A stretch of DNA of 64,000 nucleotides from an uncultured Actinomycetes bacterium (GTDB lineage: Bacteria; Actinomycetota; Thermoleophilia; RBG-16-64-13), in assembly GCA_963816155.1 (NCBI GenBank), contig CAWFJE010000002.1:130980-194979 (forward strand), in the 5' to 3' direction. The position numbers were made by a program, and so were the translations under genes. Shown here in pieces: positions 18,776 through 28,439 of the stretch. Position 1 is the stretch's first letter. Each line of letters starts with the position of its first letter. The notes under the pieces were generated by a model. It was not told where the DNA came from, searched no databases, and was given only the letters and a program-made list of their open reading frames with translations.

Positions 18776-19303
18776 GCATGAAACCAGCGCTATTGCAGGG
18801 TCTATAGCGGGGAGTTAACGCGAAGTTCACGTGCATCGACACGCCCTGAGGTGCCCAGCTTCCGCCGGCGATACATGTACAGCTTTCAACCGGCGTTGAC
18901 ACCCCGCGCGGGGGGCGACTGTTTGGCTCACGATGGCTGGTCCATAGCCATGTTCTCACGCTTCATCCGCGAACCGTCGCTGTCACACTGTTTGCCCAAC
19001 TCTTGTAGGTTGCACGTAGGCCGGAAAACCGTCTTCCGACCGCGGTCTTGCGCCTGCGCGAATCGACCAGTGCTCCTACGATTGCCTCGGGTTCGCGTGA
19101 AGTGGTCAGAGCACGAGCGGACCACTGAGATCCAACAGCCGTTTGGCACCGTGATGCTCGATCCATCGCGAGTAATTGGCCCCCAGGAACATAGGGACCA
19201 TCAGCATGATCCCGCCGGCCGTCTCAAACATCCCTCCGCCCCTGGGGCCGGGGAACTCCTGTCCTTGCTTGAGGCCTCAACTGTCCGGATGCTGGGTGAA
19301 GGG

Positions 19304-22300
19304 TCATCGATCCTGGAGAGGGCGTTGTACCGTCTCTCCAGGAAGCAGGCGGAGGACTTCGCGGCCGTGCGCGATACTCAGTTCCCCGCCCGATTCCACC
19401 CGATAAACGACGCCTTCCTCGGCAATATCGACCTTCAAGATCGAACCCGTCAGCCGCACCTTGAAGCAGAGACGGTCCAATCGCTCCGGCAGGCGGGGGC
19501 GAAAAGTGAGCCGTCCGTCACGATCGCGCATCCCGCCAAAGCCATAGACGAGTGCCATCCATACCCCTCCGGCAGCGGCAATGTGCAGGCCGTCTCTCGA
19601 ATTCCCGGCCACGTCGGCCAGGTCGATACCCGCTGCGTCGACGAAGTACTCCTCTGCCGCTCGCAGATCGTCTCCTACCTCGGCAGCCATGATGCACTGG
19701 ATGCACTCCGAGAGGGAGGAGTCGCTCGTGGTGAGAGGATCGTAGTAGTCGAGGATCCTGCGTTTGTCATCGTCGGTGAACAGGTCACCCAAGAGGAATG
19801 CTGCAAGGACCACATCGGCCTGTTTGATCACTTGGTGCCGGTAGAGCACGAGAGGGTGATAGTGGAGTAGTAGGGGAAAGTTCTCGAACGGCGTATTCTC
19901 GAAGTCCCACGGCTCGAGATCGAGGAAGCCGTCGTCCTGCAAGTAGAGGCGCAGTCCCTCGTCGTAAGGGACATACATGAGGTCGGCAGCACGCTGCCAG
20001 AACAGCGACTCCGCTTCGTCCAGGCCGGTCCGCTCTACCAGCCGCGCGTGTTCCTCGGGGCGGGAACTCTTCAGCCACTCCACGACTCGCGTGGCTTGCC
20101 GCATGTTCTCTTGGGCCATGAGGTTGGTGAACGTGTTGTTGTCGACCAGGGCGCTGTACTCGTCGGGACCCGTCACGCCATTGATCACAAAACGGCCCTC
20201 TTTGCGGTCGGAGAAGAAGCCGAGACTGGCCCAGAGCCGAGCGGTCTCTACCAGGATCTCGGCACCATGCAGGGCCAGAAATTCGGTGTCGCCCGTAGCG
20301 TGAACATACTGGCCGAGCGCGTAGGCGATGTCTGCGTCTATATGGTACTGGGCGGTGCTGGCGGCGTAGTAGGCGGAGGCCTCATCACCGCTGATAGTGC
20401 GCCACGGAAACAACGCTCCTTGCTGGCTGACCTCGTGGGCTCTCCGCCGAGCCTTGTCGAGCATGACGTAGCGATGGCGAAGAAGGCTCTTGGCCGCGGC
20501 GGGGGCCGTATAGGTGAGAAAGGGCATCACGTAAATCTCGGCGTCCCAGAAATAGTGCCCTTCGTAGCCACGCCCCGTGAGCCCCTTGGCTGCGATGCCA
20601 TGACCCTCCACCCTGGCTGAGGCCTGGAGCAGTTGGAATAGGTTGAAACGTACCGCCTGCTGGAGCAGCGGTGCGCCCTCGGTGATGACGTCGCTCTGCG
20701 ACCAGAAGTCCTGCACGAATGAACGCTGCTCCCGGAGCAGGTGTTCGATGCTCTGGACAGTGGCCCGATCGAGGGTCTCTTCAACGCGAAACATCAACTC
20801 CGGCACCGGTTCACCGCCGTCGTGATTGTAGGCGACGTACTTGATCATCCTCACAGACTCGTCCTGCTCCGCTCTGAATCGGTATACGACCCTTGCCCAG
20901 TCCTCGTCGATGAGAACGCGGGGCGGGTCCACGGGCGTACCAGAGAGCAGCCGGTGATCCATGCCGCAGGCCATGCGCAGGCCACTCGCCCGGGCTCGGT
21001 AGGCAAGGAGCACCCGCTGGTCGGAGTCGCGCTCCCCGACCTTCTGCAGCACGCCATTCCCGAATACCGGACTCCGTCGCGGGTCGTGCGCGGCGGTGTC
21101 CCCGTTTTCGGGGTGGAGTTTGAGGTCGGAGGAGAGCGTCAGGTCGGCTGCTCCATCAAGCGACGACACCTCGTATTCCACACAGGCCAAGTGACGATTG
21201 ACCAGCGAGACCATTCGTCTGCTCATGATGCGGAAGCGCCTTCCATCGGTGGCTCGCCAGACGACGTTTCGCTCAAGGGTACCCGCACTCATATCGAGAA
21301 TCCGCTCGTATTCAAGGACGTCGCTTGTCTCCAAAGTGAAGGGATCGTCGTCGAGGTAGAGACGGATGATGGCACCGTCCGGCACTCCAAGTATCGTCTG
21401 GCCCGTCTCCGCGAAACCGTGCGCCCGCTCCGGATACTCAATGGGCCAGGTCTCGTAGAAGCCGTTCAGCATAGGCGCAGGATCGTAGAAAGGGTGGCCC
21501 TCGTCTTGAGTGCCGCGCATACCGAGATAGCCGTTGGAAAGGGCGAATATGCTCTCCATCTGGGGAACGTAGTCGCGATGGAAATGACGCTCCACAAGAC
21601 GGTGCTCATCCACGGGGAAGTCTTCGTCGGCTGCAAGCAGACGGGTCGCTCCCGCCCGTAGGCGGTGCGTCCGCGGGCCCAGAGGATGGTGGCGATCGCC
21701 CTCACAGGTGACCAGTTCTGCGAGATCCTCCACGACGATGTCGGCTCCAGCCTGCCGTAGCTCCTCGGGCTGGCCCAAGCGGTCCACCCCGATCACTATC
21801 CTGAAGCCTCCGGTTCGGGCCGCCGTGACACCGGCGCGAGAATCCTCGACGACCGCTGCGCGAGACGGATGAGCGTCCACGCGCCTGGCTGCCTCCAGGA
21901 AGGTGTCCGGAGCGGGTTTGCCGGGCAGGCCGAACTCGATCGCCGTGTCCCCGTCGACCCTTGCGTCGAAGAGGTCGGCGATCCCCGAGGCGTTCAGGAT
22001 GGCGTCGGCGTTCGTGCTCGATGTCACTACCGCCGTCCGCACCCCCCGCTCCCGTAACTCGCGCAGCCAGGCTACCGATCCCGGAAAGACCTCCACTCCT
22101 TCGGTCCGCAAGGCTTCCTCGACGAAACCCTGCTTTCGGTTTCCGATGCCGTAGATGGACCATTCATCTGGAGGTGAATCAGGTGTACCCAGTGGTAACT
22201 CGATGCCTCGGGAAGCCAAGAAATCGCTGACACCATCCTGGCGAGGCTTTCCGTCTACGGTGGCTGCGTAGTCTTCGCCGACAGAAAAGCGCGGGGTCAC

Positions 22301-22477
22301 AGAGCCGTTATCGGCGTCCCAGCTGTCGAGGAACCCATCGAAGGTGCGCTTCCAGGCGAGCGCATGCATGCGGGCGGTCGTCGTGAGAACGCCGTCCATA
22401 TCGAACAGGACCGCGTCGAGGACATCGGGCCCGAGGGCCGCGCACATCTCTTCGTTACGAGCAGATGCGTAGGCCAT
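19304..22477 (-). CDS. glycoside hydrolase family 65 (maltose/trehalose/kojibiose phosphorylase-like) fused to N-terminal beta-phosphoglucomutase (HAD-IA) domain
   Basis: N-terminus LFDMDGVLTTTARMHALAWKR...VTSSTNADAIL...GKPAPDTF...VEDSRAGVTAA (HAD motifs I-IV). GH65 core ...GHYFWDAEIYVMPF...ALFPWRTISGDE... with the catalytic-region signature. Confidence 0.85.
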   Translation of the reverse strand: MAYASARNEEMCAALGPDVLDAVLFDMDGVLTTTARMHALAWKRTFDGFLDSWDADNGSVTPRFSVGEDYAATVDGKPRQDGVSDFLASRGIELPLGTPDSPPDEWSIYGIGNRKQGFVEEALRTEGVEVFPGSVAWLRELRERGVRTAVVTSSTNADAILNASGIADLFDARVDGDTAIEFGLPGKPAPDTFLEAARRVDAHPSRAAVVEDSRAGVTAARTGGFRIVIGVDRLGQPEELRQAGADIVVEDLAELVTCEGDRHHPLGPRTHRLRAGATRLLAADEDFPVDEHRLVERHFHRDYVPQMESIFALSNGYLGMRGTQDEGHPFYDPAPMLNGFYETWPIEYPERAHGFAETGQTILGVPDGAIIRLYLDDDPFTLETSDVLEYERILDMSAGTLERNVVWRATDGRRFRIMSRRMVSLVNRHLACVEYEVSSLDGAADLTLSSDLKLHPENGDTAAHDPRRSPVFGNGVLQKVGERDSDQRVLLAYRARASGLRMACGMDHRLLSGTPVDPPRVLIDEDWARVVYRFRAEQDESVRMIKYVAYNHDGGEPVPELMFRVEETLDRATVQSIEHLLREQRSFVQDFWSQSDVITEGAPLLQQAVRFNLFQLLQASARVEGHGIAAKGLTGRGYEGHYFWDAEIYVMPFLTYTAPAAAKSLLRHRYVMLDKARRRAHEVSQQGALFPWRTISGDEASAYYAASTAQYHIDADIAYALGQYVHATGDTEFLALHGAEILVETARLWASLGFFSDRKEGRFVINGVTGPDEYSALVDNNTFTNLMAQENMRQATRVVEWLKSSRPEEHARLVERTGLDEAESLFWQRAADLMYVPYDEGLRLYLQDDGFLDLEPWDFENTPFENFPLLLHYHPLVLYRHQVIKQADVVLAAFLLGDLFTDDDKRRILDYYDPLTTSDSSLSECIQCIMAAEVGDDLRAAEEYFVDAAGIDLADVAGNSRDGLHIAAAGGVWMALVYGFGGMRDRDGRLTFRPRLPERLDRLCFKVRLTGSILKVDIAEEGVVYRVESGGELSIAHGREVLRLLPGETVQRPLQDR

Positions 22478-22661
22478 GACCGCCGCCTCCTGTGCACGAG
22501 GACACGCCGGTCATGGTATCAAGCATCAACGTCCTACGGCGCCGACCATATCCTGTGGCAGCCCGGCGGCAGGTCACGGGGCACGTGTTGGGGGCAAGTG
22601 TAAAGCAGGTGCCGGAGCCACGTGCTCAATCGGATCGGATCTACACGTCGAGGCGGCGGGC

Positions 22662-22940
22662 CTAAGAGATCCCTCCCAGGATCTGGAGGACGACGACCAG
22701 GATGATCAGACCCACGGCTGGGCTGAGGTCGAGCACAACCCCGCCGAAACTGAGTATGGGAAGAAGGCGGCGGAACGAATGCAGATAGGGCTCGGTCAGT
22801 ACACGCAGCACCCAGTGGAGGCGGTGGATGGAAGTGCCGGGACGGGGCCGAAGCCAGCTCAGAAGCACCCGAGCGCCAATGAGGCACACGTACGCCGCTG
22901 TCAAGAGATAGAGGACATAGACGATGGTGCCGAGCTGCAT
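22662..22940 (-). CDS. YggT family membrane protein
   Basis: MQLGTIVYVLYLLTAAYVCLIGARVLLSWL...LTEPYLHSFRRLLP...VLDLSPAVGLIIL (YGGT/Ycf19 motif). Confidence 0.65.
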   Translation of the reverse strand: MQLGTIVYVLYLLTAAYVCLIGARVLLSWLRPRPGTSIHRLHWVLRVLTEPYLHSFRRLLPILSFGGVVLDLSPAVGLIILVVVLQILGGIS

Positions 22941-23058
22941 GGACCCCCCATCGGCGACCGCCCACAACCATCGACGACCGCTGCAGCATGTGCATTCCGT
23001 GTGCATTCAAGGCCGAATGAGGTCTATGGCCCCTCTCGACCAGCCAACAAACATAATA

Positions 23059-23083
23059 AAACCCCTGTAAAACAGGGGTTTTA
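23059..23083 (-). terminator. Rho-independent terminator hairpin (AAAACCCCTG-TAAAA-CAGGGGTTTT), immediately 3' of tRNA-Lys; potentially bidirectional
   Basis: Perfect 10-bp stem with 5-nt loop, flanked by A/T runs on both sides. Confidence 0.8.
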
Positions 23084-23087
23084 GCAA

Positions 23088-23160
23088 TGAGCCGTGTTGG
23101 ACTCGAACCAACGACCATCGGATTAAAAGTCCGGTGCTCTACCAACTGAGCTAACGGCCC
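23088..23160 (-). tRNA. tRNA-Lys (anticodon UUU)
   Basis: Minus-strand 73-nt cloverleaf GGGCCGT/TA/GCTCAGTTGGTAGAGC/A/CCGGA-CTTTTAA-TCCGA/TGGTC/GTTGG-TTCGAGT-CCAAC/ACGGCTC/A. Anticodon loop CUUUUAA. CCA is not encoded. Confidence 0.9.
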
Positions 23161-23382
23161 ACATGGGAGGTCAGATTGTAGCCTCAGGTCGGTTGACTGT
23201 CAACGTGATGCACGGTACTGCCGCCGCCGCGGGCGCACGTCCCCTGGCGTCCCGAGCAGGGAACCGCCCGCCGCTCCGTCTTTGGTCGGGTCAGCTATTT
23301 ACAGACAGCTTATACCCCTCTGGGTAGAGTGGGCTCAGCTCAGAAGCAGGCAACTGCGCTTCTGGACAGTGATGCCCCGACC

Positions 23383-24429
23383 ATGGAGACGCTCTGCGAT
23401 ATGAGATTGAAGCGGAAGAGGATCGCCACCATTGCCCTAGTCGCCAGCACGGCTCTGTTCGCCTTCACGTTCGGGGTGCAGTCGTCGGCACTGGCCTGGG
23501 ACAACTGCCCCAAGGGTCTTGTCAACGACCCCTACCCCGGAGCCTGTGGCCGCTACGTCGACACGAACGGCGACGACATCTGCGACCTCTCCCAGCCCAG
23601 GCCCGTGGTAGCGACGACCCCCCAACGGGCGACGACAACCACCGAAGCGGTGAAGAAGGAAGAGCAGGTCACCACCACCACGGCCGTCGTGACGACCACC
23701 TCCGGAGAACCGCCCACCGGCGACTGCCCGTTGGGCCCCTGCGCCAACTGCGGTGCCTGCCTCAGCATCGGCTCGAGCATCTCCGCTTCCGACGTGATCG
23801 CCCAGAGCGGCGACGAGTACGGCAGCGACGCTCTGGCCGCCGGGGCCATCGCCCTCGCTGCCGCGGATTCCTCCGCGACCACCTCCACCACCATCCCCCC
23901 GACGGGCTCGGGCGATAGCGCCGCTGCAGGCGTCGCGGAGGCCTCGAGCAGCCCCGCCCTCTTCACCCACTACAACGTGAGCCCCATCGCCATCGCCTTC
24001 TTCCTCATCTACGGGGTGAGCTTCGTGCTGCACAAGACCAAGCGCATCCGACTGGCGACCCACCGCAAGGTGTGGAACGTCCTCCTGGCGGCGACGTTCC
24101 TCATCACGGGCATATTCGGCTTGATCCTGACCATCCAACTCGACTACGAACTACCCTTCAGGATCCCGTTCGACATCCTCTTCTGGCATGTGGAGGCGGG
24201 AGTGGCGATGACGCTCATCTCCCTCTTCCACCTGAGCTGGCACTTCAACTACTACAAGAACGTGTTCAGGAAGAGCCGCAGCAAGATGCGCGAGGCCCGG
24301 CAATTGGAGAAGGTACGCGACGAAGGAGAGCGCCGCTTGGCCTGGGAAGCCCGTATGCAGAAGAAGGCCGAGACAGGCACCCGACGGACGGGCACGCAGC
24401 CGCGTGGAGATTTGAGCCCAGAGATCTAG
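23383..24429 (+). CDS. membrane protein: signal peptide, Cys-rich N-terminal domain (CPKGLVNDPYPGACGRYVDTNGDDICD ... CPLGPCANCGAC), Thr/Ala-rich linker, C-terminal His-containing multi-TM domain resembling DUF4405
   Basis: ATG at 23383 gives METLCDMRLKRKRIATIALVASTALFAFTFGVQSSALA (signal-like). Four predicted TM helices carry conserved His (HKTKRIRLATHRKVWN, FWHVEAG, HLSWHFNYY). Confidence 0.55.
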   Translation: METLCDMRLKRKRIATIALVASTALFAFTFGVQSSALAWDNCPKGLVNDPYPGACGRYVDTNGDDICDLSQPRPVVATTPQRATTTTEAVKKEEQVTTTTAVVTTTSGEPPTGDCPLGPCANCGACLSIGSSISASDVIAQSGDEYGSDALAAGAIALAAADSSATTSTTIPPTGSGDSAAAGVAEASSSPALFTHYNVSPIAIAFFLIYGVSFVLHKTKRIRLATHRKVWNVLLAATFLITGIFGLILTIQLDYELPFRIPFDILFWHVEAGVAMTLISLFHLSWHFNYYKNVFRKSRSKMREARQLEKVRDEGERRLAWEARMQKKAETGTRRTGTQPRGDLSPEI

Positions 24430-24631
24430 ACTCTGCGGGACAACGATCGCCGCACGACAGCAATCAGTGAGAGTGGGTGCCCGAGCGACGCCCCGGGGCG
24501 CCGTGCTTCCGCAAGGTCACTCTCGGACCGTCAAGTATTCCCCTATGAGCAGCGAGCCTGGTATCGCCTTGCGCAGGCGGCCGCCATGGTGTCATAGGCG
24601 CCGGAGCAAGGTGATGCCAGGCTCGCCCCGC

Positions 24632-26174
24632 TTAGTGCCGGAAGTGCCTCCGCCCCGTGACCACCATGGCCATCCCCCGCTCGTTGGCCAAGGCCAGCGC
24701 TTCGTCGTCCCGCTTGGAGCCTCCGGGGTGGATGGCCGCCGTGGCGCCGGCATCGGCCACAACCTGGAGAGCATCGGGGAAGGGGAAGAAGGCGTCCGAG
24801 GCCACCACGCTCCCGGCCACTGGGAAGCGGGCACGGCTCACAGCCAGGTTGGAGGAGTCCACGCGACTCATCTGGCCAGCTCCCACACCGATGGTCATGA
24901 GGTCCTTGGCCAGGATGATGGCGTTGGACTTGGTGTGCTTGGCCACCCGCCAGGCGAAGAGCAGGTCGCCCCATTCGGCCTCGGTGGGGTGACGGGTGCT
25001 GACGACCTCCATGTTCTCACGCTCGTCGAACTCGCAGTCCCAATCCTGCACCAGCATGCCCGCGTGGACGCGCTTCATATCGAAACTGCCCCCACACACC
25101 TCGCGCTTCTGCTGACCGGTGAGGATGCGGATGTTCTCCTTGCGGGTCAGGATGGCCAGTCCCTCCCCGGTGTAGGCGGGCGCCCACAATACTTCTACGA
25201 AGTTGGTCGACAGCAGGCGGGCGATATCCTCATCCACCGTGCGGTTGACCGCTATCACTCCACCGAAGGCCGACACGGGATCGCAGGAGAAGGCCTTGTC
25301 ATAGGCACCGGCGATAGTCTCGGCCAGCGCGACGCCACAGGGGTTGTTGTGCTTGATGACCACGCAGGCGGGGAGAGAGTACTCATCGAGGGTGCGCCGG
25401 GCGGCATCGAGGTCCAGCAGGTTGTTGAAGGACAGCGCCCCGCCGTGCAACTGCTCCAGCATGTCCTCCCGAGCGCCGGCGGCGCTGGCCTCCGCGTACC
25501 AGGCGGCACGCTGGTGGGGGTTCTCGCCGTAGCGCAGGTCCTTGACCTTGACCAGGTCCACCATGAGGTTGTTGGGGAAGTCGTCCTCCTGCTCAGCGAA
25601 CCAGGAGGCGATGACCGAGTCGTAATGGGCCGTGTGATGGAAGGCCTTCACCGCGAGGCGCTTGCGCGTCTCCAGCGACAGCGCCCCCTGGCCGGCCTGG
25701 AGTTCGGCCAAGATGGCCGCGTAGTCGGCAGGGTCGACGACGATGCCCACCCCGCCGAAGTTCTTGGCCGCGGCCCGCACCATGCAGGGACCGCCGATGT
25801 CGATGTTCTCGACGGCATCTTCTTCTTTGACTCCCCGCTGGGATGTGACCTGCTCGAAGGGATACAGGTTGACCACCACCAGATCGATAGGCTTGATGCC
25901 CAGTTCGGCGATGGCCTTCATGTGCGTGGCCCGGCTGCGGTCGGCGAGGATGCCACCGTGGATGGCCGGATGAAGGGTCTTCACACGCCCGTCCATGATC
26001 TCCGGGAAACCCGTGACCTCCGAGATGCCTGTGATAGGCAGTCCGCCCTCCCGCAACGAGCGGGCCGTTCCCCCGGTGGAGACGATCTCTACCCCCAGCT
26101 CCACCAGGCCCCGGACGAAGGGCTCGAGATCCCGCTTATCCGACACAGATACCAACGCACGCTTGACCTTCACT
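24632..26174 (-). CDS. purH: bifunctional AICAR formyltransferase / IMP cyclohydrolase
   Basis: [37 protein letters not shown]... (MGS-like and AICARFT domains). GTG start with GGAGGAAATA upstream. Confidence 0.9.
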
Positions 26175-26279
26175 ATTTCCTCCTCCAAGGAGCCGGTTCT
26201 ATCCCGGCCCGTCTGACTACCACGTCTGGCTGCTTCGCCCGATTGCCGCACCCGCACGCTGCGTCGCGGTAACCGCACG

Positions 26280-27014
26280 CTACTCCTCTACCCGCACCTT
26301 TCGCGACCCCGGCAGGGGCGCCATCACTTTCCCGGCGGCGATCCTTCGCACCACGTCGGGGAGGAGCGTGTGTTCCACCGCGTGAACACGCCTGGCCAAT
26401 GACTCCGCCGTGTCCCCGTCCTCCACGCGCACCGGCTCCTGGACGATGATCGGTCCGGTATCGACGCCCTCGTCGATGTAGTGGACCGTCACCCCCGTCA
26501 CCTTGACGCCGTAGTCCAGGGCGTCTGTGATGGAGGTTGTCCCCGGAAACGCGGGCAGAAGCGCGGGATGCAGGTTGATGATCTTGCCCGGGAAGGCCTG
26601 CACGAACGTCGGCGACAGCACGCGCATGTAGCCGGCCAGCACCACCAGATCAGCCTCGCTCTCCCTCACGGCGTCGGCCAAGTGCTTGTCGTGCGCCTCG
26701 ACGCTGTCGTACGGCTCGTAGGGCAACACGGCTGTTGGGACTCCGTGGGTCCAGGCCTTCTCCAACACGGGAGCCCCGGGGACGTCCGTCACCAGCAGGG
26801 TGATGTCGAAGACCATAGCCCCCATGAGGGGAGGGTCGCCGGTGCAGCAGACCGGAGCCAGGACGGGCTTCCCTTCGGGATCGGCCAGGATACGCCTTTG
26901 CAGTTGCTCCACAAGGGCCAGGAAGTTGGAACCCGTGCCCGATGCGAGCACCACTATCTTGAAGAAGGTGCAGGGATCTCCGGGTGTCCAGGGTTCGTTG
27001 CTCGTGAAGCTCAC
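26280..27014 (-). CDS. purN: phosphoribosylglycinamide formyltransferase
   Basis: KIVVLASGTGSNFLALVE...INLHPALLPAFPG...VTVHYIDEGVDTGPII. GTG start overlaps the purM stop (GTGA). Contains a ~22-aa insertion (LADPEGKPVLAPVCCTGDPPLMGAM) relative to canonical PurN. The track's 629-aa ORF is this gene plus an out-of-frame extension over purM. Confidence 0.8.
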   Translation of the reverse strand: MSFTSNEPWTPGDPCTFFKIVVLASGTGSNFLALVEQLQRRILADPEGKPVLAPVCCTGDPPLMGAMVFDITLLVTDVPGAPVLEKAWTHGVPTAVLPYEPYDSVEAHDKHLADAVRESEADLVVLAGYMRVLSPTFVQAFPGKIINLHPALLPAFPGTTSITDALDYGVKVTGVTVHYIDEGVDTGPIIVQEPVRVEDGDTAESLARRVHAVEHTLLPDVVRRIAAGKVMAPLPGSRKVRVEE

Positions 27015-28225
27015 AGCACGCCCTCCAAGGTGACCTTTGCCGCTTCCGGCCCGGTCGCTCGCGTAGTTATCTCGCCCAGCCTGATCACGTGTTCGCCGGC
27101 ATCCGTCAGGCGGGTGGTCGCCTCCGCGACGGCTTCTTGCGGAAGCACCAGCACGTAGCCGATACCCATGTTGAAGGTGCGGAACATCTCCTGGTCGGAG
27201 ATGCCACCCAGAACCTGGAGCGCCCGGAACAGGGGCGGAATGATCCACTCCTCGAAGTCGAGACGCGCGGTGAGCCCGTCGGGGATCACCCGGGAAAGAT
27301 TGCCCGCCATGCCGCCACCGGTGATGTGGCTCATCGCCCGCACCGGCACCCCGGCGTCCAGCAGATCCAGCACGCTGCGCACGTAGATGCGCGTGGGTTC
27401 GAGCAGCACCTCGGCCACAGATGCGTCGCCGGCCGAGGTCCCGGCTGGCGAGGGAAGCGCGTCGCCCAAGGAGAGGCCGCTCACCTCCAGCACCTTGCGG
27501 ACCAGCGAGTAGCCGTTTGAATGCAGACCGCTGGAAGCCAGCCCAACGACGACGTCGCCCTCGGCGACAGTCGATCCGTCGATCAGTTTCCGCCTCTCGC
27601 CCAAGCCCACACAGAAGCCCGCCAGATCGAACTCGCCCGGAGCGTAGAGGCCGGGCATCTCCGCCATCTCGCCCCCGATGAGGGCGCAACCGGCCCGGCG
27701 GCAGCCCTCGGCCACCCCCGCGACGATCTGAACCATCTCCGCGGGAGTCAGGCGTCCCACGGCCACATAGTCGAGGAACAGGATGGGACGAGCCCCTATG
27801 GTCAACACGTCGTTCACCGACATGGCCACCAGGTCGATGCCCACCGTGTCGAGTCGCCCTGTCTCCTGAGCCAAGAGCAACTTGGTGCCCACGCCATCGG
27901 TGGCGGTCACCAGGACTGCATCTTCGAGACCCTGGGGCAACTGGAACAGCCCGGCGAACCCGCCCAGCGAGCCCAGGACGCCCGGAATGTACGTGCTCTC
28001 GACGTCCTCCCTGATCAATCTGACGGCCTCGTCTCCGGCTTCGATGTCGACCCCAGCCTCGCTGTAGGTGAGATGGGGCGCGCTGTGGACGATGCCGCCC
28101 GTCGCTGCTGGCGTTAGCCACCGGGAACCTCCGTGGATGTCGAGGGAGAGGGATCGCCTTCGAACACACCCAGCACGGCGTCCAGACTGGGCAGTTGCAC
28201 CGGGGTCAGGAAGACGATAACGCAC
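27011..28225 (-). CDS. purM: phosphoribosylformylglycinamidine cyclo-ligase (AIR synthetase); true start uncertain (probably near 28090, non-ATG)
   Basis: SEAGVDIEAGDEAVRLI...ATDGVGTKL...GGMAGNLSRV. The only in-frame canonical start is GTG at 28225, which adds a ~49-aa Arg-rich extension. That extension overlaps a plausible 2-TM small ORF in another frame. Confidence 0.8.
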   Translation of the reverse strand: MRYRLPDPGATAQSGRRAGCVRRRSLSLDIHGGSRWLTPAATGGIVHSAPHLTYSEAGVDIEAGDEAVRLIREDVESTYIPGVLGSLGGFAGLFQLPQGLEDAVLVTATDGVGTKLLLAQETGRLDTVGIDLVAMSVNDVLTIGARPILFLDYVAVGRLTPAEMVQIVAGVAEGCRRAGCALIGGEMAEMPGLYAPGEFDLAGFCVGLGERRKLIDGSTVAEGDVVVGLASSGLHSNGYSLVRKVLEVSGLSLGDALPSPAGTSAGDASVAEVLLEPTRIYVRSVLDLLDAGVPVRAMSHITGGGMAGNLSRVIPDGLTARLDFEEWIIPPLFRALQVLGGISDQEMFRTFNMGIGYVLVLPQEAVAEATTRLTDAGEHVIRLGEITTRATGPEAAKVTLEGVL

Positions 28226-28353
28226 ACCACCGCCACCAGGCAGGCCGCAGCCACTCCGAGCAGCCGCTTGCTGCGCTCGAGGGCTCCGAGCAGGGCGCTG
28301 AGAAAGAACGCGCTCAGCAAGAAGAACAGCACGATACCGATGGAGGTTTTCAC
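28114..28353 (-). CDS. hypothetical small membrane protein (79 aa, 2 TM)
   Basis: MKTSIGIVLFFLLSAFFLSALLGALERSKRLLGVAAACLVAVVCVIVFLTPV... has a clean hydrophobic pattern, unlike the Arg-rich alternative-frame extension of purM. Ends just upstream of the purM conserved N-terminus. Confidence 0.4.
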   Translation of the reverse strand: MKTSIGIVLFFLLSAFFLSALLGALERSKRLLGVAAACLVAVVCVIVFLTPVQLPSLDAVLGVFEGDPSPSTSTEVPGG

Positions 28354-28439
28354 GTCCCTCAGCGTACCAGACGCGGCCGGACCGCTCTACTCACCGAGAG
28401 TGCCCTTCATTGGACGAAGGCGCCTTGTGATGTTAGAGT

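Noticed and set aside
18722-18800. Full tRNA gene on the minus strand
   Set aside because: Only a T-arm and 3' acceptor-like strand are present; I could not pair a 5' acceptor strand or build D and anticodon arms. Kept only as a low-confidence fragment.
20741-21661. 306-aa plus-strand ORF
   Set aside because: Antisense to the GH65 catalytic domain.
24467-26272. 601-aa plus-strand ORF
   Set aside because: Antisense to purH, whose reading is unambiguous; composition typical of GC-rich shadow ORFs.
27014-28169. N-terminal two-thirds of the 629-aa minus-strand track ORF 26280..28169
   Set aside because: Only the C-terminal 245 aa (purN) is homologous; upstream the frame runs out-of-frame across purM. 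Chimeric ORF call.
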